The position numbers were made by a program, and so were the translations under genes. From Planctomycetota bacterium (GTDB lineage Bacteria > Planctomycetota > Planctomycetia > Pirellulales > UBA1268), in NCBI GenBank assembly GCA_003669585.1, contig QWOQ01000007.1, positions 106,694 through 170,693 of the forward strand: a DNA stretch of 64,000 nt, read 5' to 3'. Below the pieces are notes generated by a model that saw only the letters and a list, made by a program, of their open reading frames with translations, had not been told where the DNA came from and ran no database searches. Positions 38,939 through 47,809 of the stretch are shown here, one piece after another. Each line of letters begins with the position of its first letter. Position 1 is the stretch's first letter.

Positions 38939-40567
38939 TTACTCATCGACGCTCTGTGAGACCATCCCCGCCGAGTCGGCTACAATTTTTGAGAGGGTGG
39001 AAACAGTATGGCAAATCTGTTCTTCAGTGTGCTCTGAGGTGAGAAAAAATCGAATTCGAGCTGCGCTTTCCCGAACCGCCGGATAGAGAATCGGCTGCGC
39101 GTTAATTCCTTTTGAAAAGAGTGCCTGGGAAACGTGAATAGCCCGAGCTGAACTGCCGAGAATCACGGGGATCACCGGCGTGTCTCTGCTGGCTCCGGTA
39201 TCAAGGTTGCAATCGTTGGCCAACTTCAGAAAGAGATTGGATCGCTCACGAAGTCTCGTAACCCGATCTGGTTCACGACAAAGCACCCGAAGCGACTCGA
39301 GTGCTGCAGCCGCATTAGGCGGTGAACAGGCGGTTGAGAAGACGAACGCCGGAGTGGTGTAACCCAAGTAACGAACGATCGCTTCTTTGCCTGCAAGATA
39401 TCCACCGCCAGCACCAAGAGCTTTACTGATTGTGCCCATCCAGAGATCGCCTTCCGCTGGATCCACTCCAAAATGTTCGCATATTCCACGACCGCGATGA
39501 CCCATTGTTCCGAGCGAATGAGCCTCGTCGACGTAGAGCACAGCCCCATGTCGATTTTTTACCTCAATAAACTTGAGGAGGTCTGGGTAATCGCCGTCCA
39601 TGCTGTATACGCCTTCAATCGCTACTACAACTCGTCGATACTGACTTCGAAGATCCCGCAACAAACCATCCAAGGCCCGCCAATCGTTATGACGAAATGA
39701 ACGCTTTCCAGCCATCGATGCACCTGCCCCCTGCACGATGCTGTTGTGTGCGAGTTCGTCATAGAGAATAAGATCGCCGTCACCAAATAAATGTGACAAC
39801 ACTGATGCGTTCGTGCCGTAACCGCAAGGAAACACTACTGCCCGTTCGGTACCAAGAAACTCTGCAAGAGTACGGTCGAGTTCATCAAGAATACAGTTGT
39901 TTCCACCAACCATTCGGCTGGCCGATGCGCTGCAGCCAAATTGATCAATCGCTGCTTTGGCAGCGGTGACCACTTCGGGATGACCGGTGAGCCCGAGATA
40001 ATCAAAACTGGTAAAACTTATGCATTGACGACCTTGTATCGTTGCGATGCGGCTGTTGACTGCGTTATTTGATCGCAGAAATGGATTGACTAATCCCGCC
40101 GATGTGAGCCCTTGGAGCCTTTTTTCAAGGGCGATGCATTCGGGAAACAGTTCGACATCGGTTTCCATATCGGTTCGACCTTTGTCGACCGCTCTGGCTT
40201 CGGACTTCGAGACATGTACTGTTGATATTTTCTGAGCTACGCGTTTCTGTGAATCGCTTGTCTTTATTTTTTGTATCTCAATGCGGTCAAGGGAATCGAT
40301 GCAATGAGTCTCGATACAGTCAACGAGATCCTCACAGGTCGAAATTTCGTCGATCCATTCGTTCGAGAATCTCATGCTGTAGTGCGATTCAAGACGATTG
40401 ATGACATCCAAAAGACCGGATGCCCCAAATCCAACCGTGGAAAGCAATGTTTTTGCTGCAATCGGCGTCGATGAATTCTCTCGACGGGGCCGATTGATTT
40501 CCTGCATCACGAGTTGCGAAACATCTGAGTGCGAATGCGCTCGGCATTCATGATTGTGAACTACCAT
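38939..40567 (-). CDS. Fusion of an acyl-carrier-protein-like domain with a PLP-dependent alpha-oxoamine synthase (serine-palmitoyltransferase/BioF/Kbl family)
   Basis: 542 aa. The C-terminal ~400 aa carry FTSFDYLGL, GYGTNASV, DELAHNSI, YVDEAHSLG and the PLP-lysine block GTISKALGAGGGY. The N-terminal ~95 aa resemble a carrier protein (TVGFGASGLLDVINRLESHYSMRFSNEWIDEISTCEDLVDCI) with Ser50 at the position of the canonical DSL serine. Confidence 0.8.
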   Translation of the reverse strand: MVVHNHECRAHSHSDVSQLVMQEINRPRRENSSTPIAAKTLLSTVGFGASGLLDVINRLESHYSMRFSNEWIDEISTCEDLVDCIETHCIDSLDRIEIQKIKTSDSQKRVAQKISTVHVSKSEARAVDKGRTDMETDVELFPECIALEKRLQGLTSAGLVNPFLRSNNAVNSRIATIQGRQCISFTSFDYLGLTGHPEVVTAAKAAIDQFGCSASASRMVGGNNCILDELDRTLAEFLGTERAVVFPCGYGTNASVLSHLFGDGDLILYDELAHNSIVQGAGASMAGKRSFRHNDWRALDGLLRDLRSQYRRVVVAIEGVYSMDGDYPDLLKFIEVKNRHGAVLYVDEAHSLGTMGHRGRGICEHFGVDPAEGDLWMGTISKALGAGGGYLAGKEAIVRYLGYTTPAFVFSTACSPPNAAAALESLRVLCREPDRVTRLRERSNLFLKLANDCNLDTGASRDTPVIPVILGSSARAIHVSQALFSKGINAQPILYPAVRESAARIRFFLTSEHTEEQICHTVSTLSKIVADSAGMVSQSVDE

Positions 40568-40880
40568 ATTCGTTCAGAGAATCCTTTCTCATTCGCTTCG
40601 TCGCAAAATATGCGCGTGCGGTGATTGACTGCGGATGCCTGCCATCTGCTGGCTGATACTATAGAGCATTTGAAAAAAACGCGTGCACTTTGTTCGCATG
40701 CGAATCGCCGCTCACAAAGAAAGATCCTTCTTACCGTTCATTTAAAAAACGGATAGATGCGGAACCTCGGAAAAAAGGGTTTTCCCCCGTGGAGAGATCT
40801 TTTTATTTCCATGTCTATCGATTAGGAAATATGGATGGGCTCACATGCCACCGGAATCCTCCGCGAATACAACTGCGCCT

Positions 40881-43616
40881 CTACGACCCGAGCAACTTTC
40901 GAAGGACATATGGAAGAATACCCCCCGAAAGAAACTGGTCGAGTTCAACCGGTGTATCGATTCGCACGCGAGCGGAAAAATCTTCTCTTAAACCGTCTGC
41001 CCGTGTGACTCGCACCATCACGTTCGACCGCGGTTTGAGTGAATCATCAATAGGGATGTCGAACGTCTCCTCGCCTGTAAATCCCATAGACTGCCACGGT
41101 TCTGACAATTCCAGTGGCAAGACTCCCATTCCCACCAGATTCGATCGGTGAATGCGTTCAAAACTTGACGCCAGCACTGCTCGAACCCCCAGGAGCATCG
41201 TGCCCTTCGCGGCCCAATCCCGACTACTGCCAGTTCCGTATTCTTCCCCAGCCAAAATAACCAGCGGCGTGCTGGTTGCCTTATATCTCTCGGCGGCATC
41301 AAACACAGGCATGATCTCACTACCCGGTAGCAGACGAGTAACACCACCTTCTGTCCCAGGAACGAGAAGATTACGAATTCGAATGTTGGCAAACGTGCCA
41401 CGCGTCATCACGCGATCATTTCCACGTCGCGCGCCGTAACTATTAAAATCGACAGGCGAAACTCCATGCTTGACCAGATACTCGCCAGCAGGACTTTTCT
41501 CGGCAATGCTTCCCGCCGGCGAAATGTGGTCGGTCGTGACACTGTCGCCAAGAGCGAGCAAGACCCGCGCTGCCTGAATCGGTTTGGGAGCGATAGCGAG
41601 GCTTGAAAACTCAGTCAGAAACGGCGGTTCCTGCACGTAGGTACTTAAGGAATCCCATCGATAAAGATCTCCAAGAGGGGCAGGGACCGCGTTCCACGCC
41701 GGATTTGAATTCCATACGTTTTCGTATCTCACGCGAAACATTTCCGGTTGAACACTCTGTTCAACATGCTGACGAACTTCGTCGGCCGAAGGCCAAAGAT
41801 CAGACAGATGCACCGGTTTTCCATCGTTTCCTATTCCAATTGGCTCACTCGAAAGATCGATGTCGGTTGTGCCGGCAAGTGCGTAGGCAACCACCAGCGG
41901 CGGACTCGCCAGCCAGTTTGCCTTCACCATCGGATTCACGCGTCCTTCGAAATTCCGATTTCCAGAGAGAACCGCTGCTGCCACAAGATCTCCTTCTAAG
42001 ATTGCTTGGGAAACCGGTTGAGGTAATGGACCAGAATTTCCAATGCAGGTAGTGCACCCGTACCCAACCGTTTGAAATCCCAGCGCATTGAGATCTTCAG
42101 ACAATTTTGATCGCTCAAGATAATCACTCACCACACGCGACCCCGGTGCGAGACTCGTCTTCACCCACGGCTTTACCTGCAAACCGCGTTCTCTCGCTTT
42201 TCGAGCGACCAGTCCGGCCGCGATCATCACGCTCGGATTACTCGTATTGGTGCAACTAGTAATAGCAGCAATGACAACCGCTCCATGATGAATCGCTGTA
42301 CTCTTCCCATCGACGGTAACGGTTCCACTATTGTGAATCGACGTTTTATCAATCGCAAAACCACGATTCGACGTCGGAGCACTGAGTAAATCGCCAAACG
42401 TTTTTTTAACATTCGCAAGCGCAACGCGGTCTTGTGGACGTTTTGGACCAGCCAGACATGGTTCGATTGAACCCAAATCAAGTGACAGTCGCGATGTGAA
42501 TTCTGGGACGCTGCCAGAGTCCGTGCGAAACAGTCCTTGCTCCTTGGTATATCGCTCCACGAGTTCGACCTGAGCATCGCTGCGGCCAGTGAGCCGCAAG
42601 TAGCGAAGCGTCTCGTCATCGATTGGGAAAAATCCCATCGTTGCACCGTATTCAGGAGCCATGTTGGCGATTGTCGCCCTATCAGCCAACGACATACTTT
42701 TTAGCCCTGATCCAAAGAACTCAACGAATTTTCCGACGACGCCTCGCTTTCGAAGAATTTCCGTCACCGTGAGCACCAGATCGGTAGCCGTTGCACCTTC
42801 CGGAAGCCGACCGAGAAGCTCGAATCCGACAACCTCCGGCAAAAGAAGCGACATCGCCTGTCCGAGCATGACCGCTTCGGCCTCAATACCACCAACTCCC
42901 CAGCCAACTACACCGAGTCCGTTAATCATCGTGGTGTGACTGTCGGTACCTACAAGCGTGTCAGGAATCGCCACCTTCGGCCCGCCCGGCGATACAGGAT
43001 CGTCTCTTAGAAAAACACACCCGGCGAGATATTCAAGATTAACTTGGTGCACAATTCCTATCGACGGGGGAACCACACGAAAATTACTGAAGGCCTGCTG
43101 GCCCCAGCGTAAAAACGAGTATCGTTCGCCGTTGCGTGCAAACTCAATTTCTACATTCTTGTCGAGCGCACTCGATGAACCGAAAAAGTCGACCTGCACA
43201 GAGTGATCGACCACTAGGTCCACCGGCACCAACGGATTGATTTTGGAAGGATCACCACCGAGGCGTTTGAGAGCCGCGCGCATCGCAGCCAGATCAACGA
43301 CACACGGCACTCCAGTAAAGTCCTGAAGCACAACTCTTGATGGCTTAAAGGGAATCTCAATTTCGGCAGGCTTTGCAGCGTTCCAGGTTGCAAGACTTCT
43401 GATATCGGATTCTGTCACCTCATATCCGTCGGCATTGCGCAGCAGCGACTCAAGAATCGTGCGAATCGAATAGGGAAGCCGAGACGAGTTTGTCACGCCG
43501 GCATCATCGAGTGATTGCAAGCGGTAGATCGTTGCTTCTCCGCTGCCACTGTCGAACGATTGCCTTGCGTGAAATGGATCGATGCGTGCAACGGCTTTTT
43601 TATTCATGATGGACAT
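40881..43616 (-). CDS. acnA: Aconitate hydratase A
   Basis: 911 aa. [66 protein letters not shown] and SGNRNFEGR are all classic AcnA/IRP blocks. Confidence 0.95.
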   Translation of the reverse strand: MSIMNKKAVARIDPFHARQSFDSGSGEATIYRLQSLDDAGVTNSSRLPYSIRTILESLLRNADGYEVTESDIRSLATWNAAKPAEIEIPFKPSRVVLQDFTGVPCVVDLAAMRAALKRLGGDPSKINPLVPVDLVVDHSVQVDFFGSSSALDKNVEIEFARNGERYSFLRWGQQAFSNFRVVPPSIGIVHQVNLEYLAGCVFLRDDPVSPGGPKVAIPDTLVGTDSHTTMINGLGVVGWGVGGIEAEAVMLGQAMSLLLPEVVGFELLGRLPEGATATDLVLTVTEILRKRGVVGKFVEFFGSGLKSMSLADRATIANMAPEYGATMGFFPIDDETLRYLRLTGRSDAQVELVERYTKEQGLFRTDSGSVPEFTSRLSLDLGSIEPCLAGPKRPQDRVALANVKKTFGDLLSAPTSNRGFAIDKTSIHNSGTVTVDGKSTAIHHGAVVIAAITSCTNTSNPSVMIAAGLVARKARERGLQVKPWVKTSLAPGSRVVSDYLERSKLSEDLNALGFQTVGYGCTTCIGNSGPLPQPVSQAILEGDLVAAAVLSGNRNFEGRVNPMVKANWLASPPLVVAYALAGTTDIDLSSEPIGIGNDGKPVHLSDLWPSADEVRQHVEQSVQPEMFRVRYENVWNSNPAWNAVPAPLGDLYRWDSLSTYVQEPPFLTEFSSLAIAPKPIQAARVLLALGDSVTTDHISPAGSIAEKSPAGEYLVKHGVSPVDFNSYGARRGNDRVMTRGTFANIRIRNLLVPGTEGGVTRLLPGSEIMPVFDAAERYKATSTPLVILAGEEYGTGSSRDWAAKGTMLLGVRAVLASSFERIHRSNLVGMGVLPLELSEPWQSMGFTGEETFDIPIDDSLKPRSNVMVRVTRADGLREDFSARVRIDTPVELDQFLSGGILPYVLRKLLGS

Positions 43617-44054
43617 TCACTCTTCTAAGCGTGTTGTGATGAGCTTTGTTGGGCATACCCATTTCGCAACCCAGCGGTGTAATGGATATATAAAAACATT
43701 TTCTGTAATGGCAAGAATCTACAGTTTTTCGCAGGTTTGTCGGTGAATAGAGTCTTGGGTGCGACAAGAACGAGTGCTCGCTGAGAAGCGATTGTCACCG
43801 AACTCATTGTGCAAGTGCGTGACAATGCCAAAGAGTCGGAATCCGCTGGTACGGAGAAAAACCCTTTAAAAAAGCCATTTTTAAAATTTATTGAGTCTCT
43901 GTTCGACAGATGAACATCTGCGGGCTATAGTTCGTTCAGCCGGAGAGGTTCATCTACTTTTTGAATGTTCTTGAATTTTCAAGACTTTGTTTAGATCGCA
44001 GTTTGAAACTTTTCTGCCGAAGTGGATTTAAAACCTGCTTCTTCCTAAGTCTTA

Positions 44055-44142
44055 TCGGCGGCTGATTCCCCCCCCAAAGACCCTCACTTCTAAAGCCGCC
44101 ATCGGGCCTGTGGTTTTTTTAAACCACAGGCCCTTTTCTTTT
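44055..44142 (+). ncRNA. Candidate structured RNA element, copy 1 (GGCGGC / C8 / TCACTTCT / GCCGCC core plus terminator hairpin)
   Basis: tcGGCGGC (44055-44062), C8 tract, tcacttct, GCCGCC (44095-44100). Then a perfect 13-bp hairpin gggcctgtggttt/aaaccacaggccc (44104-44133) and ttttctttt. No plausible ORF. Confidence 0.35.
44104..44142 (+). terminator. Rho-independent terminator-like hairpin
   Basis: 13-bp perfect stem (44104-44116 / 44121-44133), 4-nt loop, followed on the + strand by TTTTCTTTT (44134-44142). Confidence 0.6.
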
Positions 44143-44307
44143 GATCGAAGAAATTTCAGCGACAGTAACGGAAAATTCAACTGCTCTTGAGATTTGGATG
44201 CCACACGCAATTCTGGTCAAACGCTCATCATATTCTCAGTGAGTGGCCGCTAGAGTGCGTCTCGTCGATCGGAGCAATCCAGACGAGCGATCGATTCAAT
44301 AAACTTT

Positions 44308-44383
44308 TCGGCGGCCAGTTTCCCCCCCCAGTTGATCACTTCTTGTGCCGCCTTGAGGCTGCAGGCATCCAGCCTGCAGCCTC
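44308..44383 (+). ncRNA. Candidate structured RNA element, copy 2 (same core, different perfect hairpin)
   Basis: tcGGCGGC (44308-44315), C8 tract (44322-44329), tcacttct, GCCGCC (44347-44352). Then a 12-bp perfect hairpin gaggctgcaggc/gcctgcagcctc (44355-44383). About 200 nt upstream of the DUF1559 gene. Confidence 0.35.
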
Positions 44384-44579
44384 ATCTCATTGTTCAACCT
44401 GGTGCGTATGTCAATGAAAGTCTCTGAGCCTTTTTCTTTTCTCACAAGTGTCTTCCAGCAGAAGCCGTAAGTCGAGCGATACAATAGACTGAAATTTGCC
44501 ACTGACTCACAATTCCCCTACTTTTCTTCCGACCATCAGTTTTTGAAAGAGTTTCCACAAAAGTCCTGCGTAGAAATGC

Positions 44580-45596
44580 ATGGGCACCGTGAACACCGAC
44601 TCTCACAATCGCCGAAACGCTTTTACTCTTATTGAATTGTTAGTCGTGTTGGCAATTCTTGCTGTGTTGATTGGTCTCTTGCTTCCAGCGGTGCAGGCGG
44701 CTCGTGAGGCAAGTCGAAGATTGCACTGCAGTAACAATCTGCGCAACATTGGTTTGGCAATGCACCATTACGCTGTCACTCGCGAATATTTTCCAGCAGG
44801 ACAATTGGCGTATCGAATTGGCACCGGATTTAAAACTGTCGCGTGGAGCGTTCACTTTCTTGACTATCTTGATCAGTCTCCTATTTCACTCTCAAAAGAT
44901 CCTGTTGGAGACTCCTCTGTCGATGCTCCAGATTCAAGGCTGTACGTGCTCGCTCCGCTGGCAAGTCAATACAATCACAAGGCTACTACCACAACGATTC
45001 CGACCTATCTCTGCCCCAGTTCCGCACGTCGGCATCCGTCGCGAGGCAGCGATCAACGAATTGTAGATCTTAACGGCAATAACATGTACGACCCTCTGAC
45101 CGGCGAAGGGATGGCAGCGATCGATTATGCGGGCATCAGCGGTGCAACCCCAAACGCTTCGCGATTCCTGAATTCAATCACAGGCTTGGTCTATGACGAC
45201 AACAACGGCGTGTTGCTGAATGTCTCTACCGGTGGAGGAAAAACCGTGACGATTGCGGAGATCACCGATGGACTTTCTCACACGCTGCTCGTCGGTGAAC
45301 TCAGCGGACGTGGTGTTCTTGGCACCGATTTCAGGGGAGTCTGGGCTGCCGGACAAAACTGTATCACGATCCCCCGAAATGCTTTCGGAGTTCCTCACAT
45401 AAATCCCTCCGCCACGTCACCGACATTTGACGCATGGCCGACCACGGCGAACGCATCGCTTTTTTCGGACCATACGTCGGGTGTCAATGGACTCCTCTGC
45501 GATGGCTCAACGAGATTTATTTCGGACATGATTTCACTCTCTGCATTTGTGGCAATGGGCAGTCGTTCCGGAGGCGAGGTGCCACTCGCTCCTTAA
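44580..45596 (+). CDS. DUF1559 protein with prepilin-type N-terminal methylation domain and H-X9-DG motif
   Basis: 338 aa. [51 protein letters not shown] is the canonical planctomycete DUF1559 N-terminus. The C-terminal [20 protein letters not shown] gives H-x9-DG. Confidence 0.9.
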   Translation: MGTVNTDSHNRRNAFTLIELLVVLAILAVLIGLLLPAVQAAREASRRLHCSNNLRNIGLAMHHYAVTREYFPAGQLAYRIGTGFKTVAWSVHFLDYLDQSPISLSKDPVGDSSVDAPDSRLYVLAPLASQYNHKATTTTIPTYLCPSSARRHPSRGSDQRIVDLNGNNMYDPLTGEGMAAIDYAGISGATPNASRFLNSITGLVYDDNNGVLLNVSTGGGKTVTIAEITDGLSHTLLVGELSGRGVLGTDFRGVWAAGQNCITIPRNAFGVPHINPSATSPTFDAWPTTANASLFSDHTSGVNGLLCDGSTRFISDMISLSAFVAMGSRSGGEVPLAP

Positions 45597-45672
45597 CTAG
45601 AATCTTTCTGTCTGTGGGCGAACTAAAGCGTGCCCATCGACGGATGACTGGCGTACGTTTGGCGTGTGTGCG

Positions 45673-47478
45673 TCACTGGACTCCCGAACCTCGAAGATGC
45701 TCGGTCAAAATAGCCTCGACTTCATCGATTGTGAGAGGATGATGATGAACGCGAACATGTGTCGCTGGAACAATCAATTCACTTACTGCGCCGCTGGTTT
45801 TCGCACTCGCCATTGATACCACGCAGTCTCCCGGCCCGCTGGTGAGCGACTGATGTTCATTGCCAATCACACTGTGCATTGCAACGGTGCAACGTGGATG
45901 CAAATGTTCAATCGCCTGAAGAATTTTTGAGTTTGGCTGCAGGATATCGACAGTCGTTGGCAATCCCTTGCTGTAATCAGCAAAAAATGCTCCCGGATTG
46001 CAATCCACCATTTCTCTGTGCAATTCCACAAGTTCTTGAGGTTTTTTTACCATCATTGAAGAGACCCTTCCGATTCCCAAAGAAGCAATGGTTGACCCAC
46101 GGTGCGGCGTCGCAATGCAGATCACTCTTCTGATAAAAGGTCTTGCTTCGAAAAAAAACTGACTGCGAAACTCCTCTTTTGCTTTTTCGGACATCCGCAG
46201 CGATTCAAACGGAACACAGGCAACTGCATTCCACAGTTCGACGCCCGAATCGATTACCTGCAACTTGGCATGAATTCCGCCGAGACTGTGGCCAACCATT
46301 ACCATATGCCGCAATGCACTGTCTTGACCCTGCGGATCGCAGATTGCCACCGCAGCAGTCAGCTCTTTTCTCAGCACTGCAGAAGAATGCAGAAATCCGC
46401 TACCCGTTGGATAGTGAAAGACCCACGGCTCAAAATATCTATGAAAGGGAGGCCACATTCTTAGTTCATTAATCATGTCGAACCACGTGCCTTCGTCGGA
46501 AACCAATCCATGAATAAACACGACAGGAATTCGGCCGGCTTGGTGAGGTTCCAGCATCTCTAAACGCGGTTGTGTCTGTTCACCAACAAGAAGAGAGTTT
46601 GAAAATGGATTCATAAAACCATTCAAGCCCGATTTCGGCATACCAGCGAGCATGTCTAACAGTGGCGCCGTGAAATCGGCAGCGAGCGGGTTCTTGATCG
46701 AACCGATCTGCACGCGTGCAATCTCTACTGGGTTGGCAAGATCGAGAACTGCTGGAGAGACGTCCGCATGCACAAGACCGACGAGTTCTGAAAGCTTGTT
46801 TGGCTTGTCGAGCGGAATCGAAAAGCGAAGCACTGCTGTTGCGGCAATCGATTGCCTCGGAGGTGCAAATTCACCGCTGACAAGCTTCGCTTTCGTTCGG
46901 ACAGCTACCGGTAGTCCAAAACCACATCGGGTATGACGCCTTGTGATTCGAGCGCTTCCCTCTAGGGGTGCCGGTAGCACTGCCTCAATGACTGACGCAT
47001 CAACCGGGAGTCCCTGTGTCACGATAGGAATAACAACCCTGCCCCATTTCGGACCTATCAGAATGCCTCGTGCTGGATCGATTCGTCCATGCTTCGACGC
47101 ACTTTCAAGAAGCCCACGAAGGCTCTGTGAATAAATCTCCGAGGCCTCATCGACAACATCTCGCGAATCAGGACAGAGCCATATCGCATTCCAGGCCGCC
47201 TGCGCCGCGGCAAAGTATCCCTCGATTGCCCGCGGTTCACACTTTTGCGCGATCGTATTGGATCCCAGAAGCAATGTTTTGGCCTGTGACACCGAGGCCT
47301 TGGCCCGATCATGGAGGGAAGGCTCCTGTCGCGGTGACGCCATTGGATTGATCGGTACAGCCCCCACCGGCTGACAGAATGCAACTCCAAGAATCACCAT
47401 CACGATTGCGAATTCTGCTGCGATCGCTGGGACCGTGTGTGGACGATGTCGTGATTGTTCACTCACAAAAAACTTCAC
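45673..47478 (-). CDS. Alpha/beta-fold hydrolase (lipase/esterase-like) with a long N-terminal domain
   Basis: 601 aa. N-terminal TM/signal. PVVFIHGLVSDEGTW (oxyanion region) and the nucleophile elbow MVGHSLGG. Confidence 0.6.
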   Translation of the reverse strand: MKFFVSEQSRHRPHTVPAIAAEFAIVMVILGVAFCQPVGAVPINPMASPRQEPSLHDRAKASVSQAKTLLLGSNTIAQKCEPRAIEGYFAAAQAAWNAIWLCPDSRDVVDEASEIYSQSLRGLLESASKHGRIDPARGILIGPKWGRVVIPIVTQGLPVDASVIEAVLPAPLEGSARITRRHTRCGFGLPVAVRTKAKLVSGEFAPPRQSIAATAVLRFSIPLDKPNKLSELVGLVHADVSPAVLDLANPVEIARVQIGSIKNPLAADFTAPLLDMLAGMPKSGLNGFMNPFSNSLLVGEQTQPRLEMLEPHQAGRIPVVFIHGLVSDEGTWFDMINELRMWPPFHRYFEPWVFHYPTGSGFLHSSAVLRKELTAAVAICDPQGQDSALRHMVMVGHSLGGIHAKLQVIDSGVELWNAVACVPFESLRMSEKAKEEFRSQFFFEARPFIRRVICIATPHRGSTIASLGIGRVSSMMVKKPQELVELHREMVDCNPGAFFADYSKGLPTTVDILQPNSKILQAIEHLHPRCTVAMHSVIGNEHQSLTSGPGDCVVSMASAKTSGAVSELIVPATHVRVHHHPLTIDEVEAILTEHLRGSGVQ

Positions 47479-47499
47479 CGCTGACTCCTACTGATTTTT

Positions 47500-47709
47500 T
47501 TATCTCCCAAGGTTTATCGGATCTTTGGGACACTCTTCGACGAAGAATTCTTCTGTAAAGTGTTTCCTTGTGAAAACATCGTCGGTCGAAAACGTGGAGC
47601 ACGGCATGGACGTGCCGGCAGAGTCAACCACGAAGGTAAAATATTTCGGACTTCTCACCACACAATCGGAAAACTCGCGTTCAGGTTCCGTAGACTGCTC
47701 CAGAAGCAC
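47500..47709 (-). CDS. Hypothetical small protein (69 aa)
   Basis: It sits 21 nt upstream of the hydrolase start on the same strand. Its composition looks more protein-like than the opposite-strand ORF. No recognisable family. Confidence 0.3.
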   Translation of the reverse strand: MLLEQSTEPEREFSDCVVRSPKYFTFVVDSAGTSMPCSTFSTDDVFTRKHFTEEFFVEECPKDPINLGR

Positions 47710-47809
47710 CCCGGCGATCGCTCTTCAAATAAAGCAGCATGGAGCTTGTATTGGATGGGTACTTGAAACCATCAACAAGCAACAGCGATCGCAGAAATAC
47801 GCTGCGACA

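Noticed and set aside
40690-41151. 153-aa + strand ORF overlapping the 3' end of acnA
   Set aside because: Most of it is antisense to the conserved aconitase C-terminal domain. The remainder lies in the spacer. No motifs are present.
44187-44417. 76-aa ORF in the long intergenic region
   Set aside because: It has no RBS-like sequence. It runs straight through the C8 tract and the perfect hairpin of motif copy 2, and its composition is Cys/Ser/His-rich. It is better explained as non-coding RNA or structure.
43617-44579. Known housekeeping RNAs (RNase P RNA, tmRNA, SRP RNA, 6S RNA) in the 963-bp gap
   Set aside because: I looked for the conserved boxes I remember: the GAGGAAAGUCC-type RNase P box, the tmRNA tRNA-like 3' end with a tag ORF, and the SRP GGAA/AGCA domain IV. 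I found none. This was by eye only, and an Rfam scan would be decisive.
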